From an uncultured virus (IMG/VR IMGVR_UViG_3300032087_004222) (Duplodnaviria > Heunggongvirae > Uroviricota > Caudoviricetes): 20,000 nucleotides of DNA. The position numbers and the translations under genes are program-made. The notes beneath the pieces are model-generated. The model was not told the origin of the DNA. It did not search any database and saw nothing but the letters and a program-made list of their open reading frames with translations. Of the stretch, positions 1 through 7,601 are shown piece after piece; positions within the stretch are counted from its first letter, which is position 1, and each line of letters starts with the position of its first letter. The stretch is from IMG/VR virus record IMGVR_UViG_3300032087_004222. The stretch is one strand, 5' to 3'.

Positions 1-4
1 GGAG

Positions 5-3000
5 ATGGGACGTGAGGTAGGTGACATATTCGCTGGTGGTGGATCGGTCAGGAGACTCGACGCCAATAACTGGGTTCACACATCAGGGGAACAGAGGAGG
101 AACAAGATCGAGCACATGAGGCTGGCCTCACTGCTCGGAGGTCTCCATACCAGATTCCCAACATCGAACTCAGGCATCGACTTCAACGAGGACAACATCA
201 GGCAACTCGAGCAGGCGTTCTCGACCACCGATGAGACAGGTGGGAGGAAAAAGGCAGCGAGACAAATAGATCAGATGAACCTGAAGCACCAGTACGAACT
301 CAAGTCGATAGTGGACGCCGCACGTCACCTCGCCACACTCCTACCACCGGAGGCCCTCGATCCCGACAACCCGGCGTTCGACGCCAACATCAGGAGACTC
401 TTCCACGACGCCAACAAGTCACTGCACGTCCTACCATCTGAATACTGGGAGGGCGTTGGTGTCAGGCCGATGACCGCTGACTACATGATATCTCAGCAGA
501 TGCAGAAGGCCGAGCCCATCTACAGCCGACTCAGGGAGCGCCTCACCCAAGGTGGTGGCATACCAGTCACCTCTCGCTCCGACCCAAGCGAGTTGGCAGA
601 GCAACTCGGGTTCCCCTTGGATGACGCCCACATCCAGCACGTGCGCTCCTACATCGAGAGCATACCAGATGGTAGAATCCAGTTCATTCAGTCGAATCAC
701 AACCTGATAAAGGAGCACGGTGACCTCATGGGCCTCGACTCTGGAGCCTATGACGACCACCTCGACGAGCACATCAAGCAGCAGTACGGGTACGGTGTAG
801 GTAGCGCTGACTCACCACTCGTGGCCGAGCAGCGGAACCTCAAGACCATGAGGAGTAGAATGGAGAAGGACGTACGCGAGTGGGACCTAATGTCTGGTAA
901 GAGGCTACTAGAGGTACGGGCGAGACTGGAGGAACTAGAGCCGCTCATCGAGCAGGAGAGCAGGATACGCTCCTTCGACGCCCTCCACAGCAGGGCACTG
1001 AGGTACCTCGAGGACAACAACGTCGACAGGGCTACCTCCACCATATCGAGGCTCGCAGAGAGGATGGGGGTGGACGTGGACACCAGCAACCCCAGACAGG
1101 CACTTGACAGCATCAGCGACATGATATCCGAGCAGAGGGGGAGTCTGGGATACGGTAGGCAACTCCACGGTCACAGCAAGGCCATCCAATCCGTCTTCAA
1201 CAAGGACAGGAGGGAGCAGCACGAGGCCTTCGGGGTACGCCGTGTCCAAGCACCACTCGAGACCGAGAAGACGGACGAGGGGGTCGTGACCACCACCCCA
1301 TTCGCAAGGATGGGGGAGAAGGAGAGGTACGGCAAGGGGATCATGGGCGACACGACCAGAGGTCAGGCACGTGAGGGCAAGAGCGCCACCCACAGGCACA
1401 ACCAGACGCTCCACAACCTACGTGACTTGGTCGTCTACGACCCCGAGAGCGACACAGGCGCCAACGAGGACAGCACGTTCGCCACCGAGCGCCTCGAGTT
1501 CGGCGCACAGCCCATCACGAACTTCGACTCGGACGGGGCCAATGCCATGCACTACTTCACCAGTGCGAGCGCAATGAGGCAGCATGGGTACAGGGTCAGG
1601 CCCACACATGGCTTCGAGTTCAACGACGGGTCTCCCCAGATCGGCACCCAGTCCTTCGAGCAGGCGCTGGTGTCAGTGCCCAACGACATGATCAGCGCTG
1701 CCCTCGGGCCAGACGTCGCCCAGAGGTACCTCTTTAACGGCATGAACACCGACGTCTACGGAATGACCGAGTTCGAGCCCCCAGCCAACAGGGGAGACGC
1801 CATGGGGGTGCCCCTGTCCCAGACACCCATGATCGGCAAGTCGATTCAGGACGCTGGCCTCTACGCCACGTTCATGCTCAACCCCGACCTCATCGTCAAG
1901 GCAGATGCCGCACCCGAGTGGGTGCCGCCCATCAGGCCCATGCACAGGATATTCAGGATGAGGGACTTGGAGGAGTTGAGGGGCTTCACCGGTAGTTGGG
2001 TCGTGTCGAAGTGGTACGATGGCGACAGGATAGTCCTGACCAAGAAGAAAGGGAGGGTCAAGGCATTCGACGAGGACGGGGGACAGAGGGCCATCCCAGA
2101 CTGGGCCAAGAAGGGGGTCAAGAATCTAGGTGAGAAGGACTGCACACTCGACGGCATCCTCGGCAAGGACACGCTCCACATCATGGACATCATGCACTAC
2201 GATGGCACCGACATCATGGACATGAACGTCAGGGAGCGCTTCAAGGTCCTGAGAGGTCAGTACGACAGTCACGAGCAAGTCATCATCGTAGGACCACACG
2301 ACACGAGGTTCACGGACGAGGAGGGTCTCAAGGACGCCGTCGAGACGCTGCAGGCGGAGCACAGAACGCTCCTGCTCAGGGACGGCAAGAGCACGTACAT
2401 GCGCGGTGAGCGGAGGCATCCCAAGTGGGTGGTGCTGAGGCCGAACAGGGACATCAACCTCATCGTCCTCGATCGCAGGGGCAACGGCCCCTACACATAC
2501 AGGCTCGGTGCAGGTCCACTGATAGACGGTGAGGGACTAGGTGACAGAGCGGTCGACCATGACGGCAACGTCTACCTCGATGCTGGTACTGTATCCAGCC
2601 CGAAGCCGTTCGAGGAGGGTGACATCGTCAAGGTCAGGTTCTCCGGCATCAAGAGGCAGAGGAAGGGAGGGCGTGACATCTTCACGATCAGCCCATCCAA
2701 GTTGGTCGGCGAGGGACAGGGCGAGTCCAGCGTCTCGATGGAGACCCTCTCCATACTGGCCAAGGCATACTCGCCCGTGCACCTACCACATGGCATCGAC
2801 ATCAAGGACGACACCCTACTCGTCACGCTGCCCAACGAGAGCATCGTCACGTACACGCTCGAGAAGAGCAGCCTAGGACACTGGGTGCACTCACCGACCA
2901 CGCCACTGTCGGACATGGGCATGGATACTTACAGCATAGAACTATCCGAGAGCCTCAAGCCATTCTGGGGAGAGGTCGCCAGCATGATGCTGAAGGGGAA

Positions 3001-3427
3001 GATAGAGAGGCAGAAGGACGCCGAGAGCGAGGTCGCGCCCACGGAGGAGCAGCAGGAGCACCGCAGGAAGGTCATCGAAGAGGAGAGCGCTGGCATCCTG
3101 AAGCCAGAGGACAAGAACATCCTCCTCAAGCCCAAGATGAAGAAGGCGCTGGAGGTGCTCGAGCGGGCACTCGACGTCCTCGAGAAGGAGCAGATGTTCA
3201 ACACCACTGGTGGCAAGGGGCTGGGCATCGATATGGGCAGTGGGATACAGAGCCCAAGGGGGCCAACGAGCCTCACCTCAGAGATGTCGTTGCCCGACTG
3301 GGACATGAAGGAGAGACCAGAGGAGGACCCCGAGGATGAGTATCCCAAGGCAAAGGCCCTCAGAAACAGGAAGAAGCGCTCGCAGTCAAGCGATTCCAAG
3401 GAGGAGATTAATCCAAAGCAGGAATAA
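5..3427 (+). CDS. Large (>=1140 aa) putative virion/head-associated protein with a degenerate ATP-dependent DNA ligase-like module (adenylation + OB fold, approx. nt 1901-2764); probably begins upstream of the window
   Basis: Long ORF with the operon's codon style; the frame is open back to the window edge. Ligase-like motif order: WVVSKWYDGDR (I), TLDGIL (III), HIMDIMHYDG (IIIa), RERFKVL, TLLLRDGKSTYMRGERRHPKWVVLR (IV-V), then OB-like DINLIVL...GDIVKVRF. Lies directly upstream of the prohead protease. Confidence 0.75.
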   Translation: MGREVGDIFAGGGSVRRLDANNWVHTSGEQRRNKIEHMRLASLLGGLHTRFPTSNSGIDFNEDNIRQLEQAFSTTDETGGRKKAARQIDQMNLKHQYELKSIVDAARHLATLLPPEALDPDNPAFDANIRRLFHDANKSLHVLPSEYWEGVGVRPMTADYMISQQMQKAEPIYSRLRERLTQGGGIPVTSRSDPSELAEQLGFPLDDAHIQHVRSYIESIPDGRIQFIQSNHNLIKEHGDLMGLDSGAYDDHLDEHIKQQYGYGVGSADSPLVAEQRNLKTMRSRMEKDVREWDLMSGKRLLEVRARLEELEPLIEQESRIRSFDALHSRALRYLEDNNVDRATSTISRLAERMGVDVDTSNPRQALDSISDMISEQRGSLGYGRQLHGHSKAIQSVFNKDRREQHEAFGVRRVQAPLETEKTDEGVVTTTPFARMGEKERYGKGIMGDTTRGQAREGKSATHRHNQTLHNLRDLVVYDPESDTGANEDSTFATERLEFGAQPITNFDSDGANAMHYFTSASAMRQHGYRVRPTHGFEFNDGSPQIGTQSFEQALVSVPNDMISAALGPDVAQRYLFNGMNTDVYGMTEFEPPANRGDAMGVPLSQTPMIGKSIQDAGLYATFMLNPDLIVKADAAPEWVPPIRPMHRIFRMRDLEELRGFTGSWVVSKWYDGDRIVLTKKKGRVKAFDEDGGQRAIPDWAKKGVKNLGEKDCTLDGILGKDTLHIMDIMHYDGTDIMDMNVRERFKVLRGQYDSHEQVIIVGPHDTRFTDEEGLKDAVETLQAEHRTLLLRDGKSTYMRGERRHPKWVVLRPNRDINLIVLDRRGNGPYTYRLGAGPLIDGEGLGDRAVDHDGNVYLDAGTVSSPKPFEEGDIVKVRFSGIKRQRKGGRDIFTISPSKLVGEGQGESSVSMETLSILAKAYSPVHLPHGIDIKDDTLLVTLPNESIVTYTLEKSSLGHWVHSPTTPLSDMGMDTYSIELSESLKPFWGEVASMMLKGKIERQKDAESEVAPTEEQQEHRRKVIEEESAGILKPEDKNILLKPKMKKALEVLERALDVLEKEQMFNTTGGKGLGIDMGSGIQSPRGPTSLTSEMSLPDWDMKERPEEDPEDEYPKAKALRNRKKRSQSSDSKEEINPKQE

Positions 3428-3437
3428 TCCATTGCCG

Positions 3438-3450
3438 CTTCATATATGTA
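3438..3450 (+). promoter_or_regulatory. Possible archaeal TATA-box promoter for the head/tail (late) operon
   Basis: AT-rich cttcatatatgta in the largest intergenic gap (3428-3475), about 30 nt upstream of the GTG at 3476. That start has no GGTGA RBS, consistent with a leaderless transcript. Confidence 0.35.
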
Positions 3451-3475
3451 GTATGACTGAACCAACTATGATACT

Positions 3476-4858
3476 GTGTTGTCACAACCACTACGTGCAA
3501 CAGGAGAGTCAAACCTCCGATTGCTCAAGGGTGGTGACCTCGTCGTCGCTGGGTATGCCAGCGTCGAAGTGGTAGACAAGCAAGGCGACAAGATAACCAA
3601 GCAGGCACTCAAAGACGCATTCAAGAAATACATGGAGGACCCGAAGTTCAGGAACGTGCAACTAGCGCACTCAAACATACAAGTCGGGGAAGTAATACCA
3701 TCATACACTGATAACGAAGGGAGGTTCTGGAAAAGCGAAGTTGACGATGTCGGCATGTTCGTGGTAGTATCACTACGAGACGACATCGAGAAAGCAAAGG
3801 AAGTCGCTGCTGAAATCCGCAAAGGGGCACTCAGGGGATTCAGCATTGGTGGTCAGGCATTCAAGAGAGTGAGGAAGTCGGACCCCGAGCATGGAGACTA
3901 CCAAGAAATCAGCAAGTTGGAACTGCATGAAATTACAATCTGCGAGCGAGGCATCAACCCAGAGGCGACGTTCAAGATCCTAAAGGAAGACAAAGAAAAA
4001 GAACAGGTGAAAAAAATGACAGAAGAAAATGACGTAATGACGCAAATGACTGACGTCCTTTCGCGTCTGGAAGGTCGGCTTGATGCCTTTGAGAAGGGGA
4101 TGCCTCCTCAACTCAAAGAAGCCATGAAAGACGACAAGAAAGACATGAAGGACGAGAAAGACATGGACAAAGATGATGAGAAGAAATCCGAGGACGTAGA
4201 AAAGTCCGAGGAGTACTCCGACGTCATCTCGTCCGAGTACTTGGACTGGATGGAGAACACCCTGAAATCCGCTGGTGTGGATGTAGAGGGTGCTCGAACC
4301 CACTTCGATGACGTGGCAAAGGCCAACCTAGGCTCAGACCCCAAGGCCATCGGAGACGGTGGCTCCTACTTCGCTGGACAAGCACCCGGCAGGGAGCAGG
4401 AAGACGGCAAGCCAGAGGTCCCCAAGGCCGAGTTCGGCGCTGGTGGAAAGGGCAAATCGTCCAAAGTCGCGAAAGCCGACTACCTTAACCCAGAGAATGT
4501 TTCCGCAACTGACGTGGAAGCAGCCTACGAAGTCTACAAAGCAGCCATGCTCGAGGCAGAGTTGAAGAAATCCCTAGAGGGAGAGTTCGCTGCTCGCTAC
4601 GAGCAAGAGAGATCCGCAGAGATCGCCAAGGCCGCTGCCCTCGAGTTCGACGCACGAGGACCTCTCGATGAGATCCAGAAGTCGATCGCCTCCCTAGCGG
4701 AGAGAGTCGAGGCACTCAGCACCCCAGCAGAGGCTGGCGAGACGATCGCCAAGTCCGAGTCCGTACCATCCGTAGATGTCCCCTCCACCGCTGACCTAGC
4801 GTCAATGTCGTGGGACGAGGTTCACAACCTAGCAAACAAGGCCTTCAGGAGGGCCTAA
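3476..4858 (+). CDS. Prohead (capsid maturation) serine protease, HK97/XkdF-like, fused to a C-terminal acidic coiled-coil scaffold domain
   Basis: Motifs VAGYASVEVVDKQGD, QLAHS (candidate catalytic His), LRGFSIGG (catalytic Ser) and LHEITICERGINPEA. Charged helical C-terminal half. Immediately upstream of the capsid gene. Confidence 0.88.
   Translation: MLSQPLRATGESNLRLLKGGDLVVAGYASVEVVDKQGDKITKQALKDAFKKYMEDPKFRNVQLAHSNIQVGEVIPSYTDNEGRFWKSEVDDVGMFVVVSLRDDIEKAKEVAAEIRKGALRGFSIGGQAFKRVRKSDPEHGDYQEISKLELHEITICERGINPEATFKILKEDKEKEQVKKMTEENDVMTQMTDVLSRLEGRLDAFEKGMPPQLKEAMKDDKKDMKDEKDMDKDDEKKSEDVEKSEEYSDVISSEYLDWMENTLKSAGVDVEGARTHFDDVAKANLGSDPKAIGDGGSYFAGQAPGREQEDGKPEVPKAEFGAGGKGKSSKVAKADYLNPENVSATDVEAAYEVYKAAMLEAELKKSLEGEFAARYEQERSAEIAKAAALEFDARGPLDEIQKSIASLAERVEALSTPAEAGETIAKSESVPSVDVPSTADLASMSWDEVHNLANKAFRRA
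4016..4858 (+). CDS. Putative nested scaffolding protein from an internal in-frame start within the protease gene (MTEENDVM..., 280 aa)
   Basis: AGGTGA at 4005-4010 followed by an A-run and an in-frame ATG at 4016, just after the protease domain ends. Near-identical to the context of the 6045 start (AGGTGAaaaaagATG). Confidence 0.6.
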   Translation: MTEENDVMTQMTDVLSRLEGRLDAFEKGMPPQLKEAMKDDKKDMKDEKDMDKDDEKKSEDVEKSEEYSDVISSEYLDWMENTLKSAGVDVEGARTHFDDVAKANLGSDPKAIGDGGSYFAGQAPGREQEDGKPEVPKAEFGAGGKGKSSKVAKADYLNPENVSATDVEAAYEVYKAAMLEAELKKSLEGEFAARYEQERSAEIAKAAALEFDARGPLDEIQKSIASLAERVEALSTPAEAGETIAKSESVPSVDVPSTADLASMSWDEVHNLANKAFRRA

Positions 4859-4868
4859 GTAAAACACA

Positions 4869-4876
4869 GAGGTGAT
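4869..4876 (+). promoter_or_regulatory. Archaeal-type Shine-Dalgarno site (GAGGTGAT) of the capsid gene; representative of GGTG(A) sites used through the operon
   Basis: The same core precedes starts at 4016, 6045, 6457, 7122, 7302, 9160, 9515, 9973, 12596 and 15043 at about 5-8 nt spacing. Confidence 0.75.
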
Positions 4877-4881
4877 TATGA

Positions 4882-6012
4882 ATGGCAAGAGACTACGTAC
4901 GAACAATAACTGACATGGAGCGGTACTACTACGGTGCCGGGAACGCAATGGGCTACTCCTACTCCGGTAGCGAGTTGCTCAAGGCCGACAGCCCAATGCT
5001 GTCCACGACTGCTGGTACATACCAAGCAATCTACGGGCGCAAGGTCTGGTCGCAGTTGAACCAAGAGTTCAACGCCTTCAGCATACTACCCAAGAGGCCT
5101 TGGGACAGATCAGGATGGAGAGTCATCACCGCCAAGCCAAACGGCGGTGCACTCCACGGCGGCGTTGCTGAGAACGCAACACTGCCTGACACTGTGAAGC
5201 CAACCTTCCAGCACGTCGCTGCAAAGCCAAAGACGATCGCACACACCTTCGACATGTCGGAGACCGCGATCTTCCTCGCTGACAAGGACGACGGCCTCGG
5301 AGACATCCGATCCGTCATGAAGGAAGAGATGGGCAAGCACCACGCTGAGATGGTCAACAAGATGCTCCTAACGGACGTCACGACCGTCGCTTCCAACAAC
5401 TTCGAGTCGTTGGACAGAATCACGACTGGAAACAACCAGATGGCATCAGGTACCCACTACGACGCTGGGGACGAGGACATCTACTCCATCGACAGGAGCG
5501 CCAACACATGGTCCTTCGCAGAGGACAACGCCGATGCAAGTTCAAACAACAGGGCCCTCAGCCTTGACCAACTTGACACGCTGTTCCAGAACATCTGGGA
5601 GCGCGGTGGAAACCCGAAGGTCATCCTAACTGGATATGACACCTTGATGAGACTACAGCAACTGCTACAGTCCCAGCAGAGGTTCATGGAAGAGAAGAGG
5701 GTGACCCCCACCTACAACGGTGTGAAGGGTGTCCCCGGAATCGAGGCTGGTTTCATCGTGGCTACCTACAACGGTGTCCCGATCATCCCATCCAAGGACG
5801 TAGCGAAAGACGGTATCAGCAGGATGTACTTCCTCGACACTGACTACCTGTACTTCAGCACAGCAATACCAACTCAATACTACGAGAGTGGTATCGAGAC
5901 TGGCGACCCGTTCGCCATCAACAGACTAGGTCAGGAAGGACTATACCGAACCATGGGTGAGGTATGGACCACTTTCTTCGGTGCACATGGTAGCGTGAGG
6001 GACCTGTCCTGA
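4882..6012 (+). CDS. Major capsid protein (HK97 fold), halovirus/magrovirus-like
   Basis: 376 aa, follows the protease/scaffold, strong RBS. Features include YGRKVWSQLNQEFNAFSILPKRPW, GGVAENATLP, KPKTIAHTF and YNGVPIIPSKDV...YFLDTDYL, typical of archaeal tailed-virus capsid proteins (recognised from memory). Confidence 0.9.
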   Translation: MARDYVRTITDMERYYYGAGNAMGYSYSGSELLKADSPMLSTTAGTYQAIYGRKVWSQLNQEFNAFSILPKRPWDRSGWRVITAKPNGGALHGGVAENATLPDTVKPTFQHVAAKPKTIAHTFDMSETAIFLADKDDGLGDIRSVMKEEMGKHHAEMVNKMLLTDVTTVASNNFESLDRITTGNNQMASGTHYDAGDEDIYSIDRSANTWSFAEDNADASSNNRALSLDQLDTLFQNIWERGGNPKVILTGYDTLMRLQQLLQSQQRFMEEKRVTPTYNGVKGVPGIEAGFIVATYNGVPIIPSKDVAKDGISRMYFLDTDYLYFSTAIPTQYYESGIETGDPFAINRLGQEGLYRTMGEVWTTFFGAHGSVRDLS

Positions 6013-6044
6013 ATTGGAGATAATAAGTAGGTAGGTGAAAAAAG

Positions 6045-6446
6045 ATGGCAATAACATACACAACAAGCAGCAGCGCAGTATTTACCGAGAGTTTCTCTCT
6101 TGATCTATACGCAGGAACACCAGATGACGACACGTCATGGCTGGACGGCGGAGCAGCCGCGGGTTCATACCCCGGCTCCCTCGCTGGTTTCCAAGCCAAG
6201 AACTCGAACACAACGAACGCCACAGCAGGGGCCAAATTGGTTTGCGGTCAATTCACAACGGCACTAGCCAACGATGAGACCTTGACCCTATCAGGGGACG
6301 CAACCAAAGTCCTAGCAGTGATCGTTGGTGACAACAGCACCGCAGCAGCAGGTGTGACACTGAAGAACATCACTAACGGTGTTGCTCAGTTCACTGTCAC
6401 GTCGACATCTGACGCATTAGTGACTTGCTGGATGATAGTGGCTTGA
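6045..6446 (+). CDS. Small Thr/Ala/Gly-rich beta protein, probable capsid decoration or minor head protein
   Basis: RBS AGGTGA at 6033-6038; directly follows the capsid gene; beta-strand-rich composition. Function inferred from position only. Confidence 0.55.
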   Translation: MAITYTTSSSAVFTESFSLDLYAGTPDDDTSWLDGGAAAGSYPGSLAGFQAKNSNTTNATAGAKLVCGQFTTALANDETLTLSGDATKVLAVIVGDNSTAAAGVTLKNITNGVAQFTVTSTSDALVTCWMIVA

Positions 6447-6456
6447 GGTGCTCTTA

Positions 6457-6852
6457 ATGCCCTCAGTCCGCTACAATGGACCCTCGTTCTACAGGCGAAG
6501 CCCTGACGCTTACACGCCTGACTGGACAAGGGGAGAGGTCAGGGACGTCACACAGGAATGGGTGGATGAGTACCGCCGGTTCCTTGTGGCCCCCTACTTC
6601 ACCCTCGAAGGCGACGAGGCTCCAACAGTAGATGTGGGGAACGACGGCATACCTGACGACTCGTGGCGACGCGCTGACATCAGTGCGTGGCTCGGGTCTC
6701 AGGGTGTCGAGTTCGCAGCATCATCATACAGAACGAAAACAAAATTGCTTCAACTCGTGGACCAGCATCTGAACCCACCGGCACCAGAGCCGGAGCCGGA
6801 AGTATTAGATGAGGAGCCAATAGTTGAGGAACAACAGGAAACAGGAGAGTGA
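6457..6852 (+). CDS. Hypothetical protein with a C-terminal HeH/LEM-like helix-extension-helix motif and acidic tail
   Basis: Start revised from GTG 6448 to ATG 6457 because GAGGTG (6445-6450) is positioned as its RBS. Motif WRRADISAWLGSQGVEF...YRTKTKLLQLV. Confidence 0.55.
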   Translation: MPSVRYNGPSFYRRSPDAYTPDWTRGEVRDVTQEWVDEYRRFLVAPYFTLEGDEAPTVDVGNDGIPDDSWRRADISAWLGSQGVEFAASSYRTKTKLLQLVDQHLNPPAPEPEPEVLDEEPIVEEQQETGE

Positions 6853-6859
6853 TTGAAAC

Positions 6860-7105
6860 ATGACAGTAGCATTTGACAGCAGACCGACAGTATTTGGAAA
6901 TCTAATGGTAGTGACTGGCACGTTCGCCAATGGAGACTCGTCCGTGGACCTATCCCCGTTCCTAGCAGACATCGTCATGTTCCAAGTCATGGAAGAAGAC
7001 TCGACCGCTAGGGCAGTGGCTGTATCGTACAGCGGTACGACAGCCTACTTCACAGAGTTAGGCACTGGCGGCGGAAGATTCATGGCAATCGGACACAGGA
7101 ACTGA
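6860..7105 (+). CDS. Small hypothetical virion protein (81 aa, beta-rich)
   Basis: RBS-like GAGTGA upstream of the ATG; tight packing within the operon. Confidence 0.6.
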   Translation: MTVAFDSRPTVFGNLMVVTGTFANGDSSVDLSPFLADIVMFQVMEEDSTARAVAVSYSGTTAYFTELGTGGGRFMAIGHRN

Positions 7106-7121
7106 TTGAACAGGTGATTGA

Positions 7122-7289
7122 GTGGCAGCAGGAGTGACGGTCCTAGGACCATACACACCAAGGCAGTTCTCAGCCACTTCTACCTTGAGTTCCACCATTA
7201 CCGGTGAACTTCCAAGTGGTACGATAGTGTCCTGTGAGCCGATCAACGTTCTGGGCAACATCTATCTTGTAGTCTATCACTCCTCATGA
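7122..7289 (+). CDS. Small hypothetical protein, 55 aa (MAAGVTVLGPYTPRQFSATSTLSSTITGELPSGTIVSCEPINVLGNIYLVVYHSS); missing from the ORF track
   Basis: AGGTGA at 7112-7117, GTG at 7122, TGA at 7287-7289; fills the gap between its neighbours. Confidence 0.7.
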   Translation: MAAGVTVLGPYTPRQFSATSTLSSTITGELPSGTIVSCEPINVLGNIYLVVYHSS

Positions 7290-7301
7290 TGGGGTGAGAC
7301 T

Positions 7302-7601
7302 GTGGGGTTCGAGTTGAGAACGCTTGACATCGATGACCTCTCGGTAGCACAGAAGCAGAATGTGAGATACGCAACAAGCATCGGGGAGGGGAATGTTCTC
7401 TCAGAGGACAAACCCCTCGCCGGTGTCACATCCGAGCAGCGCAAACGGAACAAGAACGTGGGCGACGTGCTCAACATAGGCGCTGGTACGCGCTGCAAGC
7501 ACTGTGGGTTCCTGCACTTCATGTGGAGGGAGACATGTGGTGCATGCGAAAGACCAATGGAGTACAACCTAGCGACACGGAGTGAGGAGGCCAGACTGTA
7601 G
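7302..7601 (+). CDS. Zinc-ribbon protein (CxxC-x10-CxxC)
   Basis: RCKHCGFLHFMWRETCGAC; RBS GGGGTGA upstream of the GTG. Confidence 0.75.
   Translation: MGFELRTLDIDDLSVAQKQNVRYATSIGEGNVLSEDKPLAGVTSEQRKRNKNVGDVLNIGAGTRCKHCGFLHFMWRETCGACERPMEYNLATRSEEARL

Noticed and set aside
1901..2764. Annotation as a functional DNA ligase (lig) or RNA ligase/capping enzyme
   Set aside because: The catalytic Lys/Glu residues of motifs I, III, IV and V are substituted, so no gene symbol was assigned.
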